Numbered from the stretch's first letter, positions 48,819-57,408 are shown. The stretch: DNA of 64,000 nucleotides from Gammaproteobacteria bacterium (GCA_026708965.1 JAPOTY010000034.1:15323-79322); one strand, 5' to 3'. Numbers and translations: made by a program. Notes: generated from the sequence alone by a model not told the origin.

Positions 48819-50447
48819 TTGGGACAGCACGCTAGCAACCCCGCAGTCTTCAAGCTGGCGATCGCCGCGCTCGGCGGCCAGGGAGGCGGCGTGCTCACCC
48901 AGTGGCTGCTGCGGGCGGCCGAGTCCAGCGGCTTCATCGCCCAATCCACCTCGGTGCCAGGCGTGGCCCAGCGCACCGGCGCCACCCTCTACTACCTGGA
49001 GTTCTTCCCGCGCGCCGCCGCGCAAGCCGCCGCCGCCGAGCCGGTGCTGGCGCTGATGCCCAATCCCGGCGATGTGGACCTGGTGGTGGCCTCGGAACTG
49101 ATGGAGGCCGGCCGCGCCATTCAGCGCGGGCTGGTGACCCGCGACCGCACCACGCTGGTCGTTTCCACCCACCGCGTTTATACGATCGGAGAAAAATCCG
49201 CGCTGGGCGACGGCCTAGCCGATAGCGAAACGGTCATGCAGGTGGCGCGGGCCACGGCCAAGCAGCTGGTGGCGCTGGATATGGAGGCGCTGGCGCAAGC
49301 GCACAACAGCGTGATCAGTTCGGTCGTGCTGGGCGCCTTGGCGGGTTCCGGCGCCCTGCCCTTTTCGGCGCAATCCTGCGAAGAGGCCATTCGGGCCAGC
49401 GGCCGGGCCGTCACGAGAAACCTGGCCGCCTTCGAGGCCGGCAAGGCGCGGGCGGCGGCGGAAGCAGGCGCAAACGGCGCGGCGCAACGCGGCGGCGCGG
49501 TTCCGCCGGAAGCGAACGCAAGCGCCGATACGCAGCGCAGCAGCGGCAATCACAGCGCGGTTCGCCCCGATGCCGGCGCAGCCTTGCTCGACCCGCCTCC
49601 CGCTCCCGCCAATCCCCGCGCCAAGGCCTTGATGGAGCGGATCGCGACCGAATTTCCGGACGGCTGCGGCAACCTGCTCGGCATTGGCGCGCATCGCCTG
49701 GTCGATTACCACAACCACGCCTACGCCGCACTCTACCTCGACCGGCTGCGGCCCATCCTGAGACAGGACAGCGAGGCGCGAGGCTACGCCTTGCTTGCCG
49801 AAACCGCCCGCGGCCTGGCGCTGTGGATGAGCTACGAGGACACCGCCCGGGTGGCCGACTTGAAGACCCGCGCGGCGCGCTTTGCTCGGGTGGGCGCGGA
49901 GATGCGGCCGCAGCAGGGCCAAGTGATGCGGATCGTCGATTACCTGGCCCCGCGCGCCGAGGAAATAGGCGGCAGCCTGCCGGCATGGCTGGGCGCTCCG
50001 CTGCTGAGGTGGAAATGCACCCGCAAGCTGCTGAGCGCTTTCACCGGGGGAAAACGGATCGCCACCGACCGTGTCCGGGGCTATCTTCTCATGCGCGCCA
50101 TGGCCCGCACCCGGGCATGGCGGCTAAGCACGCTGCGCCACCGCGAGGAGGACGAGCGGATCCGGAACTGGCTGGCGACGCTGGCCGAGCTGGCCCCCGG
50201 CAATTACGATCTGGCCGTGGAGTTCGCCGCCTGCCAGACGCTGGTGAAGGGTTACGGCGAAACATTCGAGCGCGGCTTGAGCCGCTACCAAGCGGTGAAG
50301 GATGCGCTGCCCGCGCTGCAAAATCGACCGGAGCCCGCCGCAGCCGTTCGCGAGCTTCGCGCGGCGGCGCTGGCCGACGAGCCGGGTGAAGCCTTCAATG
50401 CGGCGCTGGCCCGCCTGTGCGAAAATCGACCGGGCAATGTTTCCTAA
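48819..50447 (+). CDS. iorB: Indolepyruvate oxidoreductase beta subunit family protein with a long C-terminal extension
   Basis: IAALGGQGGGVLTQWLLRAAESSGFIAQSTSVPGVAQRTGAT. It lies immediately downstream of iorA. The TTG start is uncertain. Confidence 0.8.
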   Translation: MGQHASNPAVFKLAIAALGGQGGGVLTQWLLRAAESSGFIAQSTSVPGVAQRTGATLYYLEFFPRAAAQAAAAEPVLALMPNPGDVDLVVASELMEAGRAIQRGLVTRDRTTLVVSTHRVYTIGEKSALGDGLADSETVMQVARATAKQLVALDMEALAQAHNSVISSVVLGALAGSGALPFSAQSCEEAIRASGRAVTRNLAAFEAGKARAAAEAGANGAAQRGGAVPPEANASADTQRSSGNHSAVRPDAGAALLDPPPAPANPRAKALMERIATEFPDGCGNLLGIGAHRLVDYHNHAYAALYLDRLRPILRQDSEARGYALLAETARGLALWMSYEDTARVADLKTRAARFARVGAEMRPQQGQVMRIVDYLAPRAEEIGGSLPAWLGAPLLRWKCTRKLLSAFTGGKRIATDRVRGYLLMRAMARTRAWRLSTLRHREEDERIRNWLATLAELAPGNYDLAVEFAACQTLVKGYGETFERGLSRYQAVKDALPALQNRPEPAAAVRELRAAALADEPGEAFNAALARLCENRPGNVS

Positions 50448-50567
50448 AACGCAAATTGAACGCCTTGGAATGGAGGACATCCCTCCTTTCGAGAAGGCGA
50501 AGCACCTTCCCTCCCTGAACCGCCACTCGCACACAGGGCGCAAACTGCCAGCCGCAGGAGCCGCGCA

Positions 50568-51101
50568 ATGAAGCCATTGATCGCCAAACTGCTCAACGCC
50601 GGTTCCCGGCCCCTGAACCTGCTGGGCGCGGCGGCCTGCTCGCTCCTGTTCGGCTACGCGCTGTTCGCCGAGCATGTCCAAGGCTACGAGCCCTGCCCGC
50701 TGTGCATCCTGCAACGCGTTGCGGTGATCGGGCTGGGCTTGGCCTTTCTGCTCGCCGCACTGCACCACCCCGCAGGCCGCTTCCGGCACACCTACTCCGC
50801 GCTGTGCGGCGCCATCGGCCTTGCGGGCGGCGGCGTGGCGGCGCGCCACCTGTGGATACAAGCGCAACCTGAAGGCAGCGTGCCGCCCTGCGGCGCCAGC
50901 TTCGATTTCATTCTAGACAACTTCGGCATCGTCACCGCCGTCCGCGAAGCGCTCACCGCCTCCGGCGAATGCGCCGAAGTCGATTGGTCGCTATTCGGCC
51001 TAGCCATGCCCGCCTGGGTGCTGCTGGCGTTCCTAGCGCTCACCGCCTGGGCCGTCTGGACCAACTCCTTCGCCCGCCAGCGACCCGCGCCTCTAGCCTA
51101 G
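50568..51101 (+). CDS. dsbB: Disulfide bond formation protein B
   Basis: 177 aa and four TM segments. The first Cys pair is CPLCILQR and the second periplasmic Cys pair is PPCGAS...SGEC. Confidence 0.85.
   Translation: MKPLIAKLLNAGSRPLNLLGAAACSLLFGYALFAEHVQGYEPCPLCILQRVAVIGLGLAFLLAALHHPAGRFRHTYSALCGAIGLAGGGVAARHLWIQAQPEGSVPPCGASFDFILDNFGIVTAVREALTASGECAEVDWSLFGLAMPAWVLLAFLALTAWAVWTNSFARQRPAPLA
50888..51083 (+). repeat. Direct repeat copy 1 (3' end of intact dsbB)
   Basis: 196 nt with no indels. I counted 11 mismatches by hand against 52689-52884 (about 94% identity). Weaker similarity continues to about 51135 / 52925. Confidence 0.9.
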
Positions 51102-51119
51102 CCCCTCAGGACCGCAACC

Positions 51120-51615
51120 TTGACCAGCGAACAGTTCTTCAAAAGCCCCATCCTCAATTCGCCCTACGAATGCCCCAGCCGTCACTGGGAACTGGACGCG
51201 GACGGCCAACCGACCGGCCTCGTTGCCGAAAAGCGCCGGCAGGCGGATTTCATCTCCGCAGTGCCCCAGCCGCAACAGCTAGTGTGCGGCGAACATGCAG
51301 GGCCGACTGCGCATGGACGATGATGTCGGCGTTTCCACTTCTCAACAGAGTTACGCCCGCACGGCGGCGATAATCAATCGGGTTCGCCAAGAAGTGGATA
51401 CCTCGCGCGGCCCGGAGGATCCTCTGAGCTTGATTTTGGAAATCAAGGGCTTGCGGCAAGAGGACGCGCGGGCGAAAAAGGATGCCATGGAAACCTGCTG
51501 GATACCCGGCGTGAACAACAACGGCCAATACGGCCGCTGGGCCCTCGCCGAATTCACCGATGCCAGCACCATGCAATCCGACTTCAACCGCCTGATCCAG
51601 CAAAGCCAAGCGTAG
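51120..51615 (+). pseudogene. Internal-deletion remnant of a large restriction/helicase (res-type) subunit: N-terminal ~53 aa joined, out of frame, to the C-terminal ~90 aa
   Basis: The N-terminal part is MTSEQFFKSPILNSPYECPSRHWELDADGQPTGLVAEKRRQADFISAVPQP. The C-terminal part is PLSLILEIKGLRQEDARAKKDAMETCWIPGVNNNGQYGRWALAEFTD. These are the characteristic termini of ~900-1000-aa res-type proteins as I recall them. The two frames differ. Confidence 0.6.
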
Positions 51616-51651
51616 AATTACCTTTTCGATACTCAAGCAGGGCGAGAACGA

Positions 51652-51804
51652 ATGGAGCGCACAGCAATCATTGAGCAGAGCGGAGACCGGCGGATCGGCT
51701 GGATCAAGGAATTTTCCCGCGCCAATTGCCCGGAGCACAGCCTTGAAGAGCTGTGCGTGAGTCTCACCGAAGCCCTTCAGGACATACTGGAGTTCCACGG
51801 CTAA
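51652..51804 (+). CDS. Small HicB-like (UPF0150) antitoxin-type protein, orphan
   Basis: Own translation, 50 aa and below the track cutoff: MERTAIIEQSGDRRIGWIKEFSRANCPEHSLEELCVSLTEALQDILEFHG. Confidence 0.45.
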   Translation: MERTAIIEQSGDRRIGWIKEFSRANCPEHSLEELCVSLTEALQDILEFHG

Positions 51805-51828
51805 AAACAACTTGAAGGAGATACGAAC

Positions 51829-52047
51829 ATGACCGTATCACTGCCATTACAGAAAATGACGCTTGAAGAAAAGCTACAGGTTATGGAAGCCATTTGGGAT
51901 GATCTGTCCAAGCACGCGACAGAAGCCAATCCCCCCGCCTGGCATGGAGAACTGCTCATAGAACGTGAGGCGGCCATAGCCCGCGGAGAGGATAAATTCG
52001 AGGATTGGGAAGCCGCCAGAAAGAGGATAGAAGAGGAAATCGGGTGA
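51829..52047 (+). CDS. Addiction-module antitoxin (Unstab_antitox / TIGR02574-like)
   Basis: 72 aa. MTLEEKLQVMEAIWDDL....PAWHGELLIEREAAIARGEDKFEDWEAARKRI. Confidence 0.65.
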   Translation: MTVSLPLQKMTLEEKLQVMEAIWDDLSKHATEANPPAWHGELLIEREAAIARGEDKFEDWEAARKRIEEEIG

Positions 52048-52347
52048 GACGGATCCGAATTCTCGAATCTGCGCGTAGAGACCTAGCGGCTGGGTTACCG
52101 GTTCTATGAGGCGCAAGCCAACGGAATTGGGCGTTATTTTCTGGACAGCCTGTACTCGGATATCGAATCGTTGCGAATCAGCGCGGGCATCCATGTGATT
52201 CGCTTTGGTCACTTCCATCGGCTTTTGTCACGGCGTTTCCCGTGGGCGGTGTACTACAAGATCAAAGACGGTGAAATTCGCATACACGCTATACTCGACA
52301 CTCGCCAACACCCGAACCGGGCGAATGACCGCCTAGGCCGCTCATAA
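52044..52347 (+). pseudogene. ParE/RelE-type toxin gene with a +1 frameshift (extra T near 52095)
   Basis: GTG 52044 (GTGA overlap with the antitoxin stop) gives VRRIRILESARRDLAAG, then a stop at 52107. The other frame continues YRFYEAQANGIGRYFLDSLYSDIESLRISAGIHVIRFGHFHRLLSRRFPWAVYYKIKDGEIRIHAILDTRQHP. Confidence 0.7.
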
Positions 52348-52382
52348 GCCACTTTGTTGAGCGCGACGAAGAGAATCATTCA

Positions 52383-52680
52383 GTGACGCGATCACGAGGC
52401 AATCGAAAACAAATCGAAGCGCTGCGGCACAGCGAGGCATCGCGCAAGAATATTCCCACGGCGGAATAGGAATCCGTGATGGGCAGAAAGCAGCGCTCGC
52501 CCTTGCAGGTGGCGTGCGAGCGCCGCAACCCTGATCTTGACCCGCAGCTGGTGTGGCGCGGCAAGGATATGCAGGACCGATCCGAACTCACGGTGGAGGC
52601 GCCGCCTTTGTTCATACAGGAGAAGGTGCATCCGAAGGCGCTGATCGACGACCTAGCGAGGCGCAGCCGCCGGACAGCGT
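52383..52680 (+). pseudogene. N-terminal stub of the partner DNA methyltransferase (mod-type), with an in-frame TAG at 52467 and truncated at the dsbB repeat
   Basis: VTRSRGNRKQIEALRHSEASRKNIPTAE*ESVMGRKQRSPLQVACERRNPDLDPQLVWRGKDMQDRSELTVEAPPLFIQEKVHPKALIDDL. This is the N-terminal pattern of methyltransferases that accompany the res-type family above. Confidence 0.55.
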
Positions 52681-52688
52681 ACCCCCCC

Positions 52689-52884
52689 CTGCGGCGCCAG
52701 CTTCGACTTCATCCTCGACAACTTCAGCTTCGTCACCGCCGTTCGCGAAGCGCTCACCGCCTCCGGCGAATGCGCCGAAATCGATTGGTCGCTATTCGGC
52801 CTGGCCATGCCCGCCTGGGTGCTGCTGGCGCTCCTAGCGCTCACTGCCTAGGCCGTCTGGACCAACTCCTTCGCCCGCCAGCGA
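52689..52884 (+). repeat. Direct repeat copy 2: displaced, non-functional copy of the dsbB 3' end
   Basis: In the dsbB frame it encodes ...CGASFDFILDNFSFVTAVREALTASGECAEIDWSLFGLAMPAWVLLALLALTA*. A TGG-to-TAG change truncates it, and there is no 5' part of dsbB. Confidence 0.9.
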
Positions 52885-53002
52885 ACATCGCCGCCTCGAC
52901 CAACCACTTGACCAAGCAGGGGCATCGGTCCTATTCTCGCTGTCGGCCCGATATCTGAAGCATTGCAGCTTGAGATTCCGATCGGCCAAGGAGCGCTGGA
53001 AC

Positions 53003-53245
53003 ATGACGCGGCATATAAAAATCGGCGAGGCAAAGACGCACCTCTCTGCGCTATTGGCTAAGGTTGAAGCCGGCGAAGATCTGATTATTTGCCGAGGCGA
53101 AACGCCGGTTGCTCATGTCACACGGATCGACAAGGCGCGCGAGCATGCCGAGCTTTGCGAAACGTTGCGCCGGGAGCGGGCGAAACAGCGAGCCGTCACC
53201 ACCTGCGAAATCTTGTCCTGGAGACACGAGGGACACTCTCGCTGA
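53003..53245 (+). CDS. vapB: Phd/YefM-type (VapB) antitoxin
   Basis: AAGGAG RBS 9 nt upstream of ATG 53003. MTRHIKIGEAKTHLSALLAKVEAGEDLIICRGETPVAHV. Confidence 0.75.
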   Translation: MTRHIKIGEAKTHLSALLAKVEAGEDLIICRGETPVAHVTRIDKAREHAELCETLRRERAKQRAVTTCEILSWRHEGHSR

Positions 53246-53652
53246 TGCCGTTCGTGCCCGACGCGTCAATCGCCGCCGCTTGGGTATTGCCCGACGAAGA
53301 AGCGGAGGCAGCCGAATCCGCACTGGATCGCCTAGCCGCCGAAACCGCAATAGTCCCTGCCATGTTCTGGGACGAGTTGCGGAACCTCTTGTTGTCGGCC
53401 GAACGCCGCGGCCGCATCGAGGCCGGCCACGCCGAAAGCTCTCTGGCGCGGCTGCGCCGCCTTCCCATTCGCTGCCCGGGGGATGCCCACGACCATTCCA
53501 TCCTGGAGTTGGCCCGCCGTCACCGATTAACCGCCTACGACTCCAGCTATCTGGCGCTCGCGGTTCGTGAAGGCTGCGCGTTGGCAAGCCTCGATCAGCG
53601 CCTGAACGAGGCGGCTGCCGCGGAAGGCGTGGCATTGACGATGCATCAATAG
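53245..53652 (+). CDS. vapC: PIN-domain toxin VapC (apparently intact)
   Basis: The ATG overlaps the vapB stop (TGATG). MPFVPDASIAAAWVL...LTAYDSSYLALAVREGCALASLDQRL shows the acidic PIN residues. Confidence 0.75.
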   Translation: MPFVPDASIAAAWVLPDEEAEAAESALDRLAAETAIVPAMFWDELRNLLLSAERRGRIEAGHAESSLARLRRLPIRCPGDAHDHSILELARRHRLTAYDSSYLALAVREGCALASLDQRLNEAAAAEGVALTMHQ

Positions 53653-53728
53653 CAGCCCAAGCCGCAAGCTCTTAGTTGCCTATGCAAACTTCGCAGAACC
53701 CAGAGATCACTGGCAGGTTCAATTGACG

Positions 53729-56725
53729 ATGGCCCAACACGGCCGAAGCGGCGAGGAGGCGTTTAATCAAGCCTTGGGGAAGGCGCTCCGTACAACGACA
53801 GCGCGCTGGCAGGCCATGCCGGGAGCCATTAAGATCGAGCAAACAGGAACGCTTGCTGGCGCGGCAGGCAAACGCCCCGACATCCTGATTCTAGATAGTT
53901 CGTCGCCGCCGGTTGTCATTGAGTCTTCGTTCAGCCAGACGGATGCGGACAAGGACGCGCTTGCGAGGTTGGGCGAAAAGATCGCCAGCACCGGACAAGG
54001 TATTACGATGGCGGCCTCCGTTGCAATTGCGGCGGAATGGCGCACGTTCGACTTGGAGGAAATGACTAAAAGGCTCACAGAAAGCGCGCCGCTCGACTAT
54101 GCGCTTCATCAACAGCCCCAGAATAACCCGGATTCCCACCGACGCTGGCCTTGCAAGGGATTCATCACTGGAACCGTTTACGATTTCGCCCAATTTATCT
54201 CGGCAGCGTTGCCCAAAGAGGATATCGCGCATGTCGGTGAGTCGGTGGCCTTGCAAGTGGATCAAGCCGCAGAGCGGCTTGATCAGCATCTTTCGGTAGA
54301 GCAGCAGCAGCGCATCGCGGAGCTTTCGCAGCAGCGAACAGCTTTCAAAGGTTTGCGCACCACGATGGTCCTTTGGCTGAACGCATTGCTTACCCAGCAG
54401 CGGCTTCATACGCAAGGCGTCGGGGGCATACCGCCTTTGGATTTCACGAGTAATGCGCCGCCTGTGCCTAGCGATCAAGCAAAAATCTGGCGCAGTATCC
54501 TTAAACTGAATTGGCACATGATTTTCGCGCCGGCGGTGACGGTTCTGGAAGAAGCCGGCAATTTCAGTCCCGCCGCCACAGCATCAGCGTTACAGCTGCT
54601 TATCCGTGCTTCAGAGCAAATTGAAATCGCACAGCTCGGAACGCAAATCAACATCGGCGCTGAATTGTTCCCCAAGCTCAGTGAAGACCGAAAGGAGGCC
54701 GCTGCGTTTTATACGCAGCCTTCCACTGCGGAACTGCTGGCTGCCTTGGCGATTCGCCCCGATGATGCGGATGACTGGGCAAGCAAGGACTTTTTCACCC
54801 GGCATAAACTCGCTGATCTGGCATGCGGAACAGGCACTTTGCTTCGCGCTGGCTACCGGAGGATTTGCGCGTTTCACGAACGGGGCGGAGGAACGCTAGA
54901 GACGCTCCAAAAACTGCACTCAGACGCGATGGAGCAAGGACTAATCGGCACCGACATCAGCCCTGTCGCTGCTCATCTCACCGCCTCTTCGCTTGCAGCT
55001 ATCGGTTCCGGCAAACCCTACGGAGAAACGGAAATCGGCTGGCTGAGAGTTGGAGGGGGCTGGGGAAACACCGGCGCATTGGAGTACTTGGCGAGCTCGT
55101 CACAGACTGATTTGCTGGCGGATATGGCCGGACGCTCCCATGGGCGCCAAGAAAGAGGAAACTCGGTGAAAATCATTGATTGGTCCGCCGATTGGGTGTT
55201 GATGAACCCTCCCTACTCCCGAACTCGCGGCGGCCAGAGCGCATTCGACGTTGCAGGCCTGCAAGAGGCGGAACGCAAAGCTTGCCAAAAGCGCTGGGGA
55301 GCGCTGATCTCCGGCGCCGAAGCCAATAAGACCGCTGGCATGGCAGCTTCCTTTCTAGCCTTGGCGGAGCGCAAGGTAAAGCGGGGAGGACGCATCGGTT
55401 TCGTGTTGCCCCTTACAGCGGCGCTGGCGGACTCTTGGACTGTCAGCCGACAGATGGTCGAGCGATGGTTCACGGACATTACCGCAGTAGCAGTAGCAGC
55501 AGGTCAGGCCTTGGGAGACGAGGCGCTTTCAGCCGATACCGGCATGGAGGAAATGCTGCTCACGGCCCAGCGGCGCAATGACTCGGAAATGCTGGAAAAG
55601 CCCGCCCCGATCCGTTGCGTGGTGCTTCACCGAGCACCTATGCGGGTAGGAGAAGCCGGAGAAATCGCGAGAGCCATCGATGAGGCATCGGCAGGTTTGG
55701 CAACCGAAGGACTCAGCCGCCCGATACGCGTCGGCGATGATGAAATTGGTCAAGTGGCTCTGTTCCGAACGAATGGCAAAGGCCGTCCATGGGCGCCTCT
55801 TGGGGTGGTTCACACGGATCTGGCCTTGGCTGCGGATAAGCTGGCTCAGGGCCTGCTGGGACATCTGTGCCAGGATGCTCCTCTTGGCCCGAAGATGACG
55901 ACGATAGGAAAGCTGTTTGACGTAGGGCCTACGCATCACCTCATCGGGCATCTGAAAGGCAAAAAGGCAATAGGCGCGTTTGAATTGCATCCCGTAAAAG
56001 ACGCGAACGATGCAATAGGCCGCAGCAGGTTTCTGTGGGCGGCCGATGCCAAAAACCAGCAAAGTCTAATGACACGGCCCACACACAAAGGCATCGACCT
56101 TCCAACATCGGATAACCAAAAAGACATGCGGGCCAAAAGCAGCACGCTTTTTTATGCGCGCAATATGCGCTGGACATCGCAGAAGCTGCTCGCGGCCACA
56201 ACCGAACACGATGCGATGGGCGGGAGAGCTTGGGCAGCGCTCCGGCACGACAACAGCAATATCCGCAAGTCGTTCGCTTTGTGGGCCAACTCGACCCTAG
56301 GCATGATTGTCCACTGGACGCAGGGGCAACGCACCCATGCGGGACGATCCACAACGCAAATGGGCGCTATCAGAAAAATCCCATGTCCGGATTTCCCCGC
56401 CCTCGAAGATTCTGTTATAGCTCTGGCTGCGAAGCGGTTCGATGAATTGGCCGGCGAGACGCTGCGGCCTGCCTGCCAAGCGCATGCCGACTCAGTGCGC
56501 ATCCGCATTGATCAGGCAGTGCTGGAAATGTTTGCATTCGCGCGGAACATCGGCTCCTCTGTGGAAGACAGCCGCTCGGATTACAACAGCGATAGAACCA
56601 AGCAGTCGACAACCGAACACGAGCAAGTCATCGCTATGTTGCGGCAGTTATGGTGCGCCGAACCATCGGTGCATGGCTCGAACCAAGCTGCGCTGATGCT
56701 CCTGCAAAGCCACGATAGCTCATGA
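53729..56725 (+). CDS. Single-chain nuclease-like / gamma-class N6-adenine DNA methyltransferase / specificity-domain protein (Type IIG/IIL-like R-M enzyme candidate)
   Basis: The N-terminus has KRPDILILDSSSPPVVIESSF (D53...E67-x-S, PD-(D/E)xK-like). MTase motifs are AFYTQPSTAELLA (X-like), DLACGTGTLL (motif I, aa ~365), IGTDISP, LMNPPYSR (motif IV, aa ~495) and GGRIGFVLP. The ~400-aa C-terminal region has LWANSTLGMIVHW, like TaqI/Eco57I-type specificity domains. The start is ATG 53729 or TTG 53723. Confidence 0.7.
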   Translation: MAQHGRSGEEAFNQALGKALRTTTARWQAMPGAIKIEQTGTLAGAAGKRPDILILDSSSPPVVIESSFSQTDADKDALARLGEKIASTGQGITMAASVAIAAEWRTFDLEEMTKRLTESAPLDYALHQQPQNNPDSHRRWPCKGFITGTVYDFAQFISAALPKEDIAHVGESVALQVDQAAERLDQHLSVEQQQRIAELSQQRTAFKGLRTTMVLWLNALLTQQRLHTQGVGGIPPLDFTSNAPPVPSDQAKIWRSILKLNWHMIFAPAVTVLEEAGNFSPAATASALQLLIRASEQIEIAQLGTQINIGAELFPKLSEDRKEAAAFYTQPSTAELLAALAIRPDDADDWASKDFFTRHKLADLACGTGTLLRAGYRRICAFHERGGGTLETLQKLHSDAMEQGLIGTDISPVAAHLTASSLAAIGSGKPYGETEIGWLRVGGGWGNTGALEYLASSSQTDLLADMAGRSHGRQERGNSVKIIDWSADWVLMNPPYSRTRGGQSAFDVAGLQEAERKACQKRWGALISGAEANKTAGMAASFLALAERKVKRGGRIGFVLPLTAALADSWTVSRQMVERWFTDITAVAVAAGQALGDEALSADTGMEEMLLTAQRRNDSEMLEKPAPIRCVVLHRAPMRVGEAGEIARAIDEASAGLATEGLSRPIRVGDDEIGQVALFRTNGKGRPWAPLGVVHTDLALAADKLAQGLLGHLCQDAPLGPKMTTIGKLFDVGPTHHLIGHLKGKKAIGAFELHPVKDANDAIGRSRFLWAADAKNQQSLMTRPTHKGIDLPTSDNQKDMRAKSSTLFYARNMRWTSQKLLAATTEHDAMGGRAWAALRHDNSNIRKSFALWANSTLGMIVHWTQGQRTHAGRSTTQMGAIRKIPCPDFPALEDSVIALAAKRFDELAGETLRPACQAHADSVRIRIDQAVLEMFAFARNIGSSVEDSRSDYNSDRTKQSTTEHEQVIAMLRQLWCAEPSVHGSNQAALMLLQSHDSS

Positions 56726-56756
56726 TGCGCACGCATCAACCCAAACACATAATCCC

Positions 56757-56830
56757 CAGAAAGAAATTGGGTGGGATGGATTCAAATTCTCCAGTCCGTG
56801 CGTAGAGATTCGGCAATTGGGCGCAAATAA
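56757..56830 (+). pseudogene. Short remnant paralogous to the antitoxin-3'-end / ParE-like-toxin-5'-end junction at 52030-52100
   Basis: By-eye alignment gives about 70% identity over ~65 nt. ...QKEIGW (stop changed to TGG) overlaps VGWIQILQSVRRDSAIGRK*, compared with VRRIRILESARRDLAAG in the other copy. Confidence 0.35.
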
Positions 56831-56914
56831 TCCCTGCAAGTGTGAGGGTTCAGACACATATGGGACTGTAGAGTGTCCGCTCACGGCGTATGCTGCGGTC
56901 GGTTGTGGTAAGCA

Positions 56915-57118
56915 ATGAAACTGAAGGTCGTCATCCATGATGCCGAGGAAGGCGGGTACTGGGCGGAAGTGCCTTCCATCCCAAGCTGCGCCACCGAAGG
57001 CGACAGTTTCGAGGAATTGCTAGCCAATCTCTACGAAGCAGTCGAAGCCTGCCTGTCCGTGGAAGTCAGTGAAATTTCTTCCAAGCCGCAGGCCAAGGTC
57101 ATTGAAATTGCCGTATGA
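56915..57118 (+). CDS. hicB: HicB-family antitoxin
   Basis: 67 aa. MKLKVVIHDAEEGGYWAEVPSIPSCATEGDSFEELLANLYEAVEACL. Confidence 0.75.
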   Translation: MKLKVVIHDAEEGGYWAEVPSIPSCATEGDSFEELLANLYEAVEACLSVEVSEISSKPQAKVIEIAV

Positions 57119-57285
57119 AGGCCATCAGCGGCAAGCGGTTGTGAAAACTGCTTGAATCGCGGGGCTGGCAGTTAATGCGCATCAGGCGCGTTGCGAATCC
57201 GGGCGGGAATCACAATCCGCCATGCCTTGCTCCTAAAATGACCGGTCATGCATGCTGGCCAGATGGAAACGATTACAGCATCTGA
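57115..57285 (+). pseudogene. hicA: hicA toxin gene with a premature TGA at codon 10 (57142) and a degenerate distal part
   Basis: The ATGA overlap with the hicB stop gives MKAISGKRL*KLLESRGWQLMRI.... The canonical sequence is ISGKELxKLLEKxGW..vRxxGSH, and the GSH(H) motif is not recognisable. Confidence 0.6.
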
Positions 57286-57373
57286 TTTGAAGGCCCGCTG
57301 CCTTGCCATCCTGGACCGTGTTCAGCGAACGGGCGGACGCAAATTCACCCGGAACGAAATGAATGAGCGCTGA
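57263..57373 (+). pseudogene. Fragment of a Phd/VapB-type antitoxin, followed (57363 to ~57440) by the first ~20 codons of a PIN toxin that run into the phrB start
   Basis: Own translation gives METITASDLKARCLAILDRVQRTGGRKF...*, then MSADFLGTNIFICLFDETDDRK... in a frame different from phrB. Confidence 0.4.
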
Positions 57374-57408
57374 TTTCCTCGGCACCAATATCTTCATTTG
57401 CCTGTTTG

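Noticed and set aside
52476-52958. 160-aa ORF in the track.
   Set aside because: It is a chimeric read-through. It starts inside the methyltransferase stub and continues out of frame through the displaced dsbB 3' copy, so it is not a real gene.
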